Of a stretch of DNA of 41,357 nt, positions 17,197 through 25,736 are shown piece after piece. Origin of the DNA: Candidatus Gastranaerophilales bacterium (GTDB lineage: Bacteria; Cyanobacteriota; Vampirovibrionia; Gastranaerophilales; Gastranaerophilaceae); contig CANQLA010000001.1 of NCBI GenBank assembly GCA_947624605.1, positions 1 to 41,357 of the forward strand, written 5' to 3'. A program made the translations under genes and the position numbers. Below the pieces are notes generated by a model that did not search any database, was not told the origin of the DNA, and was given only the letters and a program-made list of their open reading frames with translations. Position 1 is the stretch's first letter; every line of letters begins with the position of its first letter.

Positions 17197-18432
17197 TTAA
17201 AAGGATATGATTTCATTTATTTCTTTAATTGCGTTAATTGCTCTTTGGTTATGGTCATCCATGCTTAAAATAGTTTTGGCATGACCTTTAGCCGTATAGT
17301 AATCTTTTAATCCGAAGTATTCTATATCCATTGCCAAAAGAAAAAAGGCAATATCTTTAGAGTTTAATTTTATGGCATAATTTATATCATATTGTGCATC
17401 ATTATATTTTTTGAGTCTAAATTCCGCCAATGCTTTATGGTAATGAATTTTTGACGACCAGTTTTTATCCGACTGATTATCCAAAGACAAGGCAATTTCC
17501 AATTCATTGATTGCTTCGTCATATTTTAAAAGGGCATTTAACAAACAACCTTTTATATAATAACTGCTTGGATTTTTTTCATCTAATCGTGTCGCTATAT
17601 TGATAAAAGCTATTCCTTCCGAAGGCTTGTTTAATTTATACTTACACCACGCAATTTCCTGGTACGCTTCTGCTTTCTCGGGATTTATCCGTAATGCCTT
17701 TTTAAAATCATCCGTCGCATTTTTATAATGTTCAAGATTTTCATATAAGGTTCCTCTTAAAATATAATAATCACAATTATTCGGCTGTATATTTATTGCA
17801 TTATCCAAATCTGTGCATGCACCTTGAATGTCATTTATTCTTTGTTTTACTATTGCACGATGGTAATATAATAATGATTCGTTAGCTGACAGCTCGATAG
17901 CTTTATTTAAATCCTCAAGAGCAAGTTTATGTTTTCGCTGAATAGAGTATAATTTACTTCTCTGAAAATAATATTGCGGTTTTTCTTCTATATTTATAAG
18001 CTTGTTTATTGTCATTAAAGCGTCATTGTATTTTGTTGAAGAAATAAAAAGCATAAATCTCGATATGTAATAGATATTTAGCGGAATATTATTAGAATTT
18101 TTTTCATCAAAAAATTGAAAGCCTAAAAAATTTATAATGGGTTGTATATTGGAATATAAATTTCTAAAAATTCGGGTATCCGGTTTGAATTTTTGATGAA
18201 CCTTTACAAAACAAGCAAATGCTGCTTTAAAACAATTGACGTATTTACCTTTTGAAACGGCACAAATAAATGCAGCATAATTATTTAAAGTTGCTTCATC
18301 TGTTTTGATAATTCCTGTCAAATTTTCTATAACTTCACGCCATCTTGAATTTGATATTAATTTATCGATTTGTTCATCAGTCAGTTTCATTTTGAGATTA
18401 TTTATAGTCAATATATAAATAAAGCATAACAC
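17197..18432 (-). CDS. TPR-repeat protein
   Basis: The C-terminal ~270 aa are tandem 34-aa TPR units (A..DL.KAIEL.P....YY.RG..). The N-terminal ~130 aa are non-repeat. The MKLTDEQ start at 18390 is an alternative. Confidence 0.8.
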   Translation of the reverse strand: MLCFIYILTINNLKMKLTDEQIDKLISNSRWREVIENLTGIIKTDEATLNNYAAFICAVSKGKYVNCFKAAFACFVKVHQKFKPDTRIFRNLYSNIQPIINFLGFQFFDEKNSNNIPLNIYYISRFMLFISSTKYNDALMTINKLINIEEKPQYYFQRSKLYSIQRKHKLALEDLNKAIELSANESLLYYHRAIVKQRINDIQGACTDLDNAINIQPNNCDYYILRGTLYENLEHYKNATDDFKKALRINPEKAEAYQEIAWCKYKLNKPSEGIAFINIATRLDEKNPSSYYIKGCLLNALLKYDEAINELEIALSLDNQSDKNWSSKIHYHKALAEFRLKKYNDAQYDINYAIKLNSKDIAFFLLAMDIEYFGLKDYYTAKGHAKTILSMDDHNQRAINAIKEINEIISF

Positions 18433-18466
18433 TATTTGAAAATATATAAAACTTTTAACTTTAAAA

Positions 18467-18703
18467 TCAAGTATTCGTATTAGCAGTTACTTGTTTGGAT
18501 AAAAATAAGCCGGAAAAAATAATATTGCTTGATACGGTTCTGCCAGTTATTTGCATTTTGTCTGTATTAAATAAATTGATATTCTGCCCGTAAATTATAA
18601 TGCTCAAAATTATATCACCTTTTGAAGTTTTGCCGTAATTATCGGGTAAATCAAGTTCGTGTTTTATAATGTCTACAATTATTTTTTCGATAGATTTTTT
18701 CAT
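18467..18703 (-). CDS. hypothetical 78-aa protein (possibly a remnant)
   Basis: The call rests on the ORF alone. No RBS or family was recognised. It lies in a poorly coding stretch between the TPR and HNH genes. Confidence 0.3.
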   Translation of the reverse strand: MKKSIEKIIVDIIKHELDLPDNYGKTSKGDIILSIIIYGQNINLFNTDKMQITGRTVSSNIIFSGLFLSKQVTANTNT

Positions 18704-18768
18704 TATTGCATACCAAAAGATGCCATAAATGGCACCTTTGAAATTTGATTTGAAATTAATTTTTAACG

Positions 18769-18804
18769 CAATAACCCGGCTTTATAAGACGGTTATTGTT
18801 TTTT
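18769..18804 (+). terminator. orphan plus-strand intrinsic-terminator-like hairpin
   Basis: caataacc (18769-18776) pairs with ggttattg (18791-18798) as a perfect 8-bp stem, followed by TTTTTT (18799-18804). No plus-strand gene lies upstream. Confidence 0.45.
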
Positions 18805-18983
18805 GCAACCTGAGAAACATCATCAGTAGTTTTTAATTTCCCGGAAATGACTTTATCTTTAATTTTTTGTCTTACTGCTGCGTCTTTGCATGCTTGCAAG
18901 CAGATTGCTTTTATATCTAATAAATCATCAGTGATATCACTAAAATTCTTTCCGTTTTATAATATATAATTTATACAATAAAA

Positions 18984-20228
18984 TTATGCAGCTTTTTTCT
19001 TATCTGAAGCCGGTTTTGAAATTTCAACTCCTTCAGGTAAGGGGAAATCTTTTGTAAAATCGACTTTTCCATTTGTTTCATTATATATTGTCTGAGCTAA
19101 TTTTGCAGAATAATGATCATATTTAGGATGAATTTTTTTATCTGTAGATTTATCAATAGCCTCTTGAGCATCAGTAAGATATTGTTTAATATACTTTGTT
19201 CTGTTATCAAAATCTTCATTAAGCCAAGTATTAAACGGTTTATTTGTCTTAATAATATTACATCTTGCATGCATTAACCAGAAATTGCTAACAGCATCTA
19301 AACCGCCTAAATCATGGGGATGAACGTGATCGGTATTAGTATAAGCCGGGGCTAAAAGCCTTTCTGCAATATCTCTTGAAGTTCTTTCTTGTTTTTTATT
19401 ATCAAGACCGCCGTATTTAACATACCAAGCATCTTCATTGTTCATTGAACTTGGAAGTTTTTCAGCTAATTTAAGTATTTGTTCTTTAACATTTGGAGAC
19501 TTAATTTGCAAATTATTTGCCAATTCGATAAATTTTGAACGTTGGAAAGCATACGTATTTTGTCTTTGGAAAATCAGATAACCGGCATTTTCAACAAGAC
19601 CATGAATTTTTGAACGATCTTCCAACGGCAGAGTTTCTCCGAGGGCTTCCAATTTATCCAATACTTTGAATTGTTGCTTTTCTAACTTATCTAAACGTTT
19701 TTCACGTTCGGATGATACTATTTGTTTTATTGTTAAATCAGGTTTTTTCTTTTGAATGGATTGAATATTTTGTAATATTTTTTGTTCTTGAGGATATAAA
19801 AATTCACCGTGGCTTTCAACAACTGATAAATAAGTTTTTTCATCAGCTTTATCGAGTTCTGCTTTTATATTTGCAAAAATAGGTTTTGTCATAATCGGTT
19901 TGCCACAATCGGGACAAATAAGAGGATGTTCTAAATTGCTGAGTTTAAAACCGCTTTGTGTATCAGCTTCCATCGGATCCATATTTGCGGGATTGTTGGA
20001 AACTCTGCCAAAATTTGGCAAATAATCACCAAAACCGGCAAAATAAGATGCCGTATTATTTTGTTTTACTCCCCATAAATTTGCAGTTACAGGTGCATAT
20101 CCATTTTGTTCGGAATGACTTTTTTCAATAGGTATAGTCATTTTATTGTTTTGAGTATTTAATTTGCTGTTTAAATTAACTGATGAAATCGAATTAATCT
20201 GCATAAGCACCCCATATAAACTGTTCAT
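18984..20228 (-). CDS. protein with C-terminal HNH nuclease-like domain
   Basis: TDHVHPHDLGGLDAVSNFWLMHARCNIIKTNK fits the HNH pattern DH..P...GG.....N.....C N..K. There is a single CPDC knuckle near residue 105 and a low-complexity N/Q/S-rich N-terminus. The SD at the annotated ATG is poor. The ATG at 20204 (MQINS) has GGGGTG upstream. Confidence 0.65.
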   Translation of the reverse strand: MNSLYGVLMQINSISSVNLNSKLNTQNNKMTIPIEKSHSEQNGYAPVTANLWGVKQNNTASYFAGFGDYLPNFGRVSNNPANMDPMEADTQSGFKLSNLEHPLICPDCGKPIMTKPIFANIKAELDKADEKTYLSVVESHGEFLYPQEQKILQNIQSIQKKKPDLTIKQIVSSEREKRLDKLEKQQFKVLDKLEALGETLPLEDRSKIHGLVENAGYLIFQRQNTYAFQRSKFIELANNLQIKSPNVKEQILKLAEKLPSSMNNEDAWYVKYGGLDNKKQERTSRDIAERLLAPAYTNTDHVHPHDLGGLDAVSNFWLMHARCNIIKTNKPFNTWLNEDFDNRTKYIKQYLTDAQEAIDKSTDKKIHPKYDHYSAKLAQTIYNETNGKVDFTKDFPLPEGVEISKPASDKKKAA

Positions 20229-20281
20229 CTATATAAGGAATATGCATAAGAATAATTGACTAAAAACAAAAATTTTTACAA

Positions 20282-20302
20282 AATTTGTTACAAAAATTTA
20301 CA
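20282..20302 (-). repeat. 21-nt motif TGTAAATTTTTGTAACAAATT (copy 2, minus strand)
   Basis: The reverse complement of aatttgttacaaaaatttaca is 20/21 identical to 16052-16072. It lies 53 nt upstream of the HNH-gene ATG. A third TGTAA core at 20276-20280 extends the phasing. Confidence 0.7.
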
Positions 20303-20403
20303 TTGTATGAAATTAAATATCCAAACGTAAAAAGTTTTTCAAAATACGCAAAGTATATGATATAAAAAAACAATATTTTTTTTATTATAAATTGCAAAAA
20401 GGT

Positions 20404-20553
20404 ATGAAAATGAAATTAATCAAATCAACAATTAATAAAATTGCCGGTATACCCGCCAAACCAACAACGCCTTATCCTCAAATAATTTCCTGGTTATTTT
20501 TTGTTGTAATTTTATTTGCTTTCATATATATGTGTGAGATAACCGGAATATAA
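20404..20553 (+). CDS. hypothetical 49-aa small membrane protein
   Basis: My translation is MKMKLIKSTINKIAGIPAKPTTPYPQIISWLFFVVILFAFIYMCEITGI, with one clear TM helix. It is followed by a strong terminator. The RBS is weak (aaaaagg). Confidence 0.35.
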   Translation: MKMKLIKSTINKIAGIPAKPTTPYPQIISWLFFVVILFAFIYMCEITGI

Positions 20554-20585
20554 TTAGATTTAACCAAATAAAACAACCCCAAAAA

Positions 20586-20616
20586 TAAGAGTTTTCCTAA
20601 AAAAGGAAAACTCTTA
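20586..20616. terminator. bidirectional intrinsic terminator
   Basis: taagagttttcc (20586-20597) pairs with ggaaaactctta (20605-20616) as a perfect 12-bp stem with a 7-nt loop and A/T runs on both sides. It lies between the small ORF (+) and the YebC gene (-). Confidence 0.75.
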
Positions 20617-20628
20617 AAATAATACAAA

Positions 20629-21381
20629 TTAAATATTTACTTGTTCCATAATTTCATCACTAATATCGAAATTGGAATAAACATTTTGGACATCATCGTG
20701 TTCTTCAAGTTTTTCCATGAGTCTTAAAATATTGGTAGCAACTTTTACATCGGTAATTTCAACGGAATTTTCGGGAATTCTTGTAAATTCTGCACTTTTT
20801 GGTTTAAATCCGGCTTTTTCCAAACCCTCAGAACAAGATTGAAGATTTTCAAAAGTAGTAATAACCTGATATTCATCGTCTTCCTCTTTAACATCGTCGG
20901 CATTAAATTCAATTGCAGCTTCAAATAATTTTTCAAAATCCGCATCATCTTTATTAAATATAATCAAACCGACCGGTTTAAACATCCAACCGACACAGCC
21001 TGTTTCACCCAGGTTACCGTTAAATTTTGAAAAGAAACTTCTGATATCCCCTGCCGTACGATTGCGGTTATCGGTCATAGCTTCGATGAATATCGCAGCA
21101 CCGCCGGCACCGTAACCTTCATAAGTAATTTCTTCAAAGTTATCACTGCCTGAGCTGCCGGCACCTTTTTCTATTGCTCTTTTAATGTTGTCATTAGGAA
21201 GACCGGCAGCTTTAGCTCTGTCAATTGCTGTTCTGAGTCTGAAATTACCCGCAGGATCAGAGCCTCCAAGTCTTGCTGCTGTTATTATTTCTCTTGAAAA
21301 CTTCTGAAAAGTTATGCCTCTTTGTGCATCAACTTTTGCTTTTTTATTTTTGATATTTGCCCATTTTGAATGTCCTGACAT
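20629..21381 (-). CDS. YebC/PmpR-family transcriptional regulator
   Basis: MSGHSKWANIKNKKAKVDAQRG...RLRTAIDRAKAAGLPNDNIKRAIEKG is the canonical YebC N-terminus. The ORF is 250 aa. Confidence 0.92.
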   Translation of the reverse strand: MSGHSKWANIKNKKAKVDAQRGITFQKFSREIITAARLGGSDPAGNFRLRTAIDRAKAAGLPNDNIKRAIEKGAGSSGSDNFEEITYEGYGAGGAAIFIEAMTDNRNRTAGDIRSFFSKFNGNLGETGCVGWMFKPVGLIIFNKDDADFEKLFEAAIEFNADDVKEEDDEYQVITTFENLQSCSEGLEKAGFKPKSAEFTRIPENSVEITDVKVATNILRLMEKLEEHDDVQNVYSNFDISDEIMEQVNI

Positions 21382-21428
21382 AAAAAATCTCCGATTGATA
21401 TTTCCATAATTTATTGTAATATAAAATT

Positions 21429-22196
21429 ATGGAAAATAAAGATACTGTAAAAAAAGCATTAGAATTATTTAAAAACAAAGACTACAAATCGGCTATTGAC
21501 GAATTTTATGCAGCTCTTGCGGAAAATCCTGATGACAATGCTATTTTGAATAATTTGGGGTTATGTTATTCAAAACTTTCCGAAGATGAAAAAGCCGAAG
21601 AATTTTATCAACGAGCTTTACAACAAGACAATACCGCTGTTGAAACATATATTAATTTAACCGATTTATATTATAAAAATAAAAGGTTAGGTGAAGCTAT
21701 AGGTCTTTTGGAAAATGCAGCCACTGTTATACCTGATAATATAATTATTTTACATTATTTAGCACGTATATATATAGAAGATATCCGATATGACATTGCA
21801 ATGGATATTTTAAACAGGATATTGGAATTATCACCTGAAAATATTGATGCATATTGGGATTTAGGGAATGTGTGTTTTGAAACCGGAGATTGGGCAAGTG
21901 CAGCTGCGGCATTTGAGCATGTTCTTGAAAAAAGAGATGACAATGCAATATTTTTTTACAGAACGGGTCTTGCTTATGAAGCAAATGATGATATAGAAAA
22001 AGCTTTATCAAATTATTTAAAAGCCATTGCTGCTGACAGATTTATGGCACAACCATATAAAAAAGCAGCAGTTATGTTTTTGGCACAAGGGGATAAAGAA
22101 AGTGCAAAAGAATATCTTTCGGATTATTTGAAATTTGACATACCGAAAGAAGAAAAAGAAAATATAAATAAAATTATTGCCGATTTAAATAATTAA
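21429..22196 (+). CDS. TPR-repeat protein
   Basis: The 255-aa ORF consists of tandem TPR units (A...Y..AL..NPD...). Confidence 0.8.
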   Translation: MENKDTVKKALELFKNKDYKSAIDEFYAALAENPDDNAILNNLGLCYSKLSEDEKAEEFYQRALQQDNTAVETYINLTDLYYKNKRLGEAIGLLENAATVIPDNIIILHYLARIYIEDIRYDIAMDILNRILELSPENIDAYWDLGNVCFETGDWASAAAAFEHVLEKRDDNAIFFYRTGLAYEANDDIEKALSNYLKAIAADRFMAQPYKKAAVMFLAQGDKESAKEYLSDYLKFDIPKEEKENINKIIADLNN

Positions 22197-22264
22197 TACT
22201 GCCCTATCGTCTGATTTATTTTAATCTTGTACTTTTGATAATTATATATAAAAGTGAGGTTAAA

Positions 22265-22534
22265 ATGAAGCAGGTTAAAATATATACTTTGGATTACTGT
22301 CCTTTTTGTAAAAAGGCTAAGGCTATTTTAAGAAATAAAAATATACCGTTTGAAGATATAGACGTTACTCCCGATGAAGAAAACCATACGAAAAAAATAG
22401 CGGAACAATACAAAATAGAAGGGGAAGTAACATTTCCCCAAATAATAATAGGACAAAATCGAATAGGCGGTTGTTCGGATTTAGAGCAACTTGTTGCGAA
22501 TAATAGATTAGAAGATTTGTTAAATGAGGGATAG
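22265..22534 (+). CDS. glutaredoxin
   Basis: MKQVKIYTLDYCPFCKKAKAIL (CPFC active site), TFPQIIIG and RIGGCSDL. I moved the start to the ATG at 22265 because of the GTGAGG RBS. Confidence 0.85.
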   Translation: MKQVKIYTLDYCPFCKKAKAILRNKNIPFEDIDVTPDEENHTKKIAEQYKIEGEVTFPQIIIGQNRIGGCSDLEQLVANNRLEDLLNEG

Positions 22535-22536
22535 AA

Positions 22537-24150
22537 ATGGGATTATTTTTTAACTATGACAATTCAGTCTGCAATGAAGGTTCTACTCCCGTAATATTTT
22601 CGTTTGATCCTTCAATCACATCTTTGAAAGAATTACTTATATACGAATTAAGTCAGCTTTCATATTATGAATATCAAATGAGGATGCTTGGAAATGATAC
22701 TTCAAAATTAACTGATGAAATAATAAATTATATTACATTAGCGGTTGTAAATCTGGATTTTCGGAAAGAACAATTTTTAAATGTTATTAAAAGTATATAT
22801 GACGAAGTTGAAAAGAATAAAGATTTATATAAAGAACTTTGCAAGAAAAAATCAGTGGAATGTAAATTTTTAACAGGTGAAAAACTTTCATTCAAAACAA
22901 AGCAAGAAGGAATAGATGCGGTTAATTTCGGCGAAAAGCAGTCATTAATAAAAAATACGGTTTTTTCAAAGGCTAAAAGGTCATTGAGTGATATATGTAT
23001 AATGCTTATAAGTAATGCGTGTTTATGTATAACGGAGTTAGAAAATTACAATGAAAATGCAGGAAATTTGAAGTATAAAATCCCGGAGATTTTAAAGATA
23101 ATAAATCATGATAAGTTAAATGAGAAAGAGTTAAAAAATAAGATTTTGCAATTTGCAAAGTATAATAAAGAAATAATGGAAAAATTAAATTATACGATAA
23201 TGAAGAAATATGGACCCGTTGAAGTTACGGATGTGGATTTAAGTATAAAAAAGGGTAAATGTATATTAGTATCAGGACATTATTATCAGAATTTGGAAAG
23301 TTTGTTAGAAGCCCTAAAAGATGAAGACATTAATGTATATACACATAATGAGATGTTATTTGCACACTCATTTGCATATTTTCACAAATATAAGAATTTA
23401 ACGGGACATTATCAACGTTCAATAAACAATTTACAACTTGATTTTGCATCATTTCCCGGTGCGGTGCTTGTAACTAAAAATACACATTCTCATATAGACT
23501 TAATAAGAGGGAGGATATACACTCCGGATAATAACCCGGCATACGGAATAAGTAAAGTAAGTGAGAATGATTTTTCACCGCTTATTCAGGCGGCAAAAGA
23601 GGCTAAAGGTTTTAAAAAGGATGTAAAAATAGGAGAAATAACAGTAGGATATAATATTAAGGAGATACAATCAAAGTTTATAAAAATAATAGATAAATTA
23701 AAGACGAATAAATATAAACATCTTTTTATAATAGGGTTAATAAATTACAATACACCGCAGAACATATATTTTGACAAATTTTTTGATATATTGCCGGATA
23801 ATTGTTATACAATATCATTTTCATACAAAAGGAATAAAAAAAATGTTTGGCATATAGATTCATATTATGATGTATCTTTAACGTATACGATGTTCAATGA
23901 ACTTGCAAAGTTTCCGGAAATTTTAAAAGAAAAAACGACTGTATATTTAACGCAATGTCAACTTTCAACGATATCGCACTGTTTTAATTTAAAGATATTA
24001 GGAGCAGAAAATATTTTTATAAGCGAATGTTGTCCGAGTGTAGTTAACCCGTCAGTAATAGAGAGTCTTACAAAGATATTCGGAATAAAGCAAATGGGAA
24101 ATTGTCCGGAGAAAGATATAAAGCAGGTTTTAAGAGATAGCAAGAAATGA
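22537..24150 (+). CDS. hybrid-cluster-protein (Hcp/prismane)-like protein lacking most cluster ligands
   Basis: GKCILVSGHYYQNLESLLEALKDEDINVYTHNEMLFAH...FPGAVLVTKN aligns by eye with the Hcp core GKCILISGHDLKDL...GVNVYTHGEMLPAH...FPGPIVMTSNC. The N-terminal Cys cluster motif is absent. Confidence 0.7.
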   Translation: MGLFFNYDNSVCNEGSTPVIFSFDPSITSLKELLIYELSQLSYYEYQMRMLGNDTSKLTDEIINYITLAVVNLDFRKEQFLNVIKSIYDEVEKNKDLYKELCKKKSVECKFLTGEKLSFKTKQEGIDAVNFGEKQSLIKNTVFSKAKRSLSDICIMLISNACLCITELENYNENAGNLKYKIPEILKIINHDKLNEKELKNKILQFAKYNKEIMEKLNYTIMKKYGPVEVTDVDLSIKKGKCILVSGHYYQNLESLLEALKDEDINVYTHNEMLFAHSFAYFHKYKNLTGHYQRSINNLQLDFASFPGAVLVTKNTHSHIDLIRGRIYTPDNNPAYGISKVSENDFSPLIQAAKEAKGFKKDVKIGEITVGYNIKEIQSKFIKIIDKLKTNKYKHLFIIGLINYNTPQNIYFDKFFDILPDNCYTISFSYKRNKKNVWHIDSYYDVSLTYTMFNELAKFPEILKEKTTVYLTQCQLSTISHCFNLKILGAENIFISECCPSVVNPSVIESLTKIFGIKQMGNCPEKDIKQVLRDSKK

Positions 24151-24154
24151 AAAG

Positions 24155-24177
24155 AAGGAGCCGAATAAGCTCCTTTT
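24155..24177. terminator. intrinsic terminator between convergent genes
   Basis: aaggagc (24155-24161) pairs with gctcctt (24169-24175) with a 7-nt loop, and the T-run continues to 24177. Confidence 0.65.
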
Positions 24178-24206
24178 CGATATAAAAATTAAAAAAGGAA
24201 TAGGAA

Positions 24207-25559
24207 TTATTCAATTAATTCTTGTTCATCGAAGTTATTTAACATTTCATAGTTAAGTTCATTTTCGTTATCAGCGACAATAGCGGCAACGACAGCATCA
24301 CTGGTAACGTTAAGCATAGTTCTGAACATATCTAAAATTCTGTCAATTGCGAATAAGAAAGCGAAGCCTTCAACCAGCTGTTCGGCAGTCAAGCCGAGAC
24401 CGTTCAAGATGACAGCGATAGTAATTAAACCCGCCCCTGGGATACCGGCACAAGTACTGGAAGCGACGATAGCGAAGAAAGCAATCTGAATAATTTGGAA
24501 AACGCTGAGAGAAACATCATAAGCTTGAGTTAAGAAAATTACGGCAACGGTTTGAAACAGTGCAGTTGCATCCATATTTAAAGTAGCACCCAAAGGGAGA
24601 ACGAAACTGCAAACTTTATGAGAAATACCTCTTTTTTCGCAACAAGCCATAGTCAAAGGTAAAGTAGCGGAACTGCTGGCGGTACCGAAAGCAACCATCA
24701 TAGCTTCAGTAATTGAAGCAAAGAACACTGCAACTGGAACCTTGCTGAATAGTTTCATTAAAATAGGATAAACACAGCAAAGCTGAATCAGGAGACCAAT
24801 AATTAACACACCGAAATAACCTGAAAGACCGGAGAATATGCCGGCACCGAAAGAAGATACAGCAACAGTAGTGAGAGCAAAGACACCCGGAGCTGCGAGA
24901 TTCATAACCCAATCTGTAACTTTCATAGTAGCAGCAAACACAGATTCAAAAAATCCTACGATAGGTCGTGAGATATCACCGACTTTAGCAAGTGCAACAG
25001 CAAAAATCAAAGCGAAAACCAAAACCGGAATCATATCACCTTGAGCAATTGAAGAAATAGGGTTTTGAGGAACCATATTAATAAATATTTGAGCTAAATT
25101 GTCTTGTTGTTGGATATAAGCTTCTTTAACCTGAGATTGAACAATAGCTGATGAACTTTGGCTGATAAATTGTTGTACACCGACACCGGGCTTTACAAAT
25201 AAAGTAAGGACGGAACCTATTGTAACGGCAATAACAGTTATAATACCGTAATAGAGTACCATTTTAAAACCGAATTTGCCTAATTGACGACTGTCACTGA
25301 TACTGGAGATACCGACTATAATAGCGGAGCAAACCAGCGGAATAACAATCATTTGAATGAGTCTTATAAACATTTGACCTATGACATTAAGAATTGAAAT
25401 AATTAAAGCCACATTTTTATTAATTTCGCCCTCGGAAGTAAATTGGTATTTATGCAAAATTATACCTAAAATTATACCTGCAATAAGACCGATAAATATA
25501 TGACCGTTTCGTTTTATACCAAGACCGAGAGCTATTAGAATTTGCATGTGTAATTTCAT
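24207..25559 (-). CDS. dicarboxylate/amino acid:cation symporter (DAACS family)
   Basis: The 450-aa polytopic ORF contains SSSATLP, LNMDATALFQ and IDRILDMFRTMLNVTSDAV, which are signatures of the GltP/SstT-type family. Confidence 0.85.
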   Translation of the reverse strand: MKLHMQILIALGLGIKRNGHIFIGLIAGIILGIILHKYQFTSEGEINKNVALIISILNVIGQMFIRLIQMIVIPLVCSAIIVGISSISDSRQLGKFGFKMVLYYGIITVIAVTIGSVLTLFVKPGVGVQQFISQSSSAIVQSQVKEAYIQQQDNLAQIFINMVPQNPISSIAQGDMIPVLVFALIFAVALAKVGDISRPIVGFFESVFAATMKVTDWVMNLAAPGVFALTTVAVSSFGAGIFSGLSGYFGVLIIGLLIQLCCVYPILMKLFSKVPVAVFFASITEAMMVAFGTASSSATLPLTMACCEKRGISHKVCSFVLPLGATLNMDATALFQTVAVIFLTQAYDVSLSVFQIIQIAFFAIVASSTCAGIPGAGLITIAVILNGLGLTAEQLVEGFAFLFAIDRILDMFRTMLNVTSDAVVAAIVADNENELNYEMLNNFDEQELIE

Positions 25560-25736
25560 ATATGTAATCCTTTTTGTAAGTAATATTTGAAAACAATTGT
25601 AGCGTTTTTTTTTCTAAAATTCAAGAATGTATTTAAAATTTTTAAAAAATACGAAGATTTTTAAATTTTTTGCACAAAAGGAACATTATAGTAATAATAT
25701 TAAATAAGAGTTATATTGTATGGAAACAGAAATTTT

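Noticed and set aside
18756-18956. A 66-codon minus-strand open frame downstream of the HNH gene, considered as a feature call.
   Set aside because: It has no ATG/GTG start, the only TTG lacks an RBS, and it contains an opposite-strand terminator hairpin. I kept it as an observation but did not annotate it as a CDS.
14057-20628. Gene orientation switches from mostly minus (left) to mostly plus (right) across this region, which could mark a replication origin.
   Set aside because: No dnaA/dnaN and no cluster of DnaA boxes are present. I saw only isolated near-matches (ttatccaaa at 17477-17485 inside a CDS, atatccaaa near 20317). The strand composition here is explained by coding-strand bias. 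A whole-genome GC-skew analysis would be needed.
25560-25736. TTGTAA / TTGTAG half-sites upstream of the DAACS/murC divergent region, considered as further copies of the 21-nt motif.
   Set aside because: Only single 6-mers match and the spacing differs from the 10-11 nt phasing. This is the expected background in AT-rich DNA.
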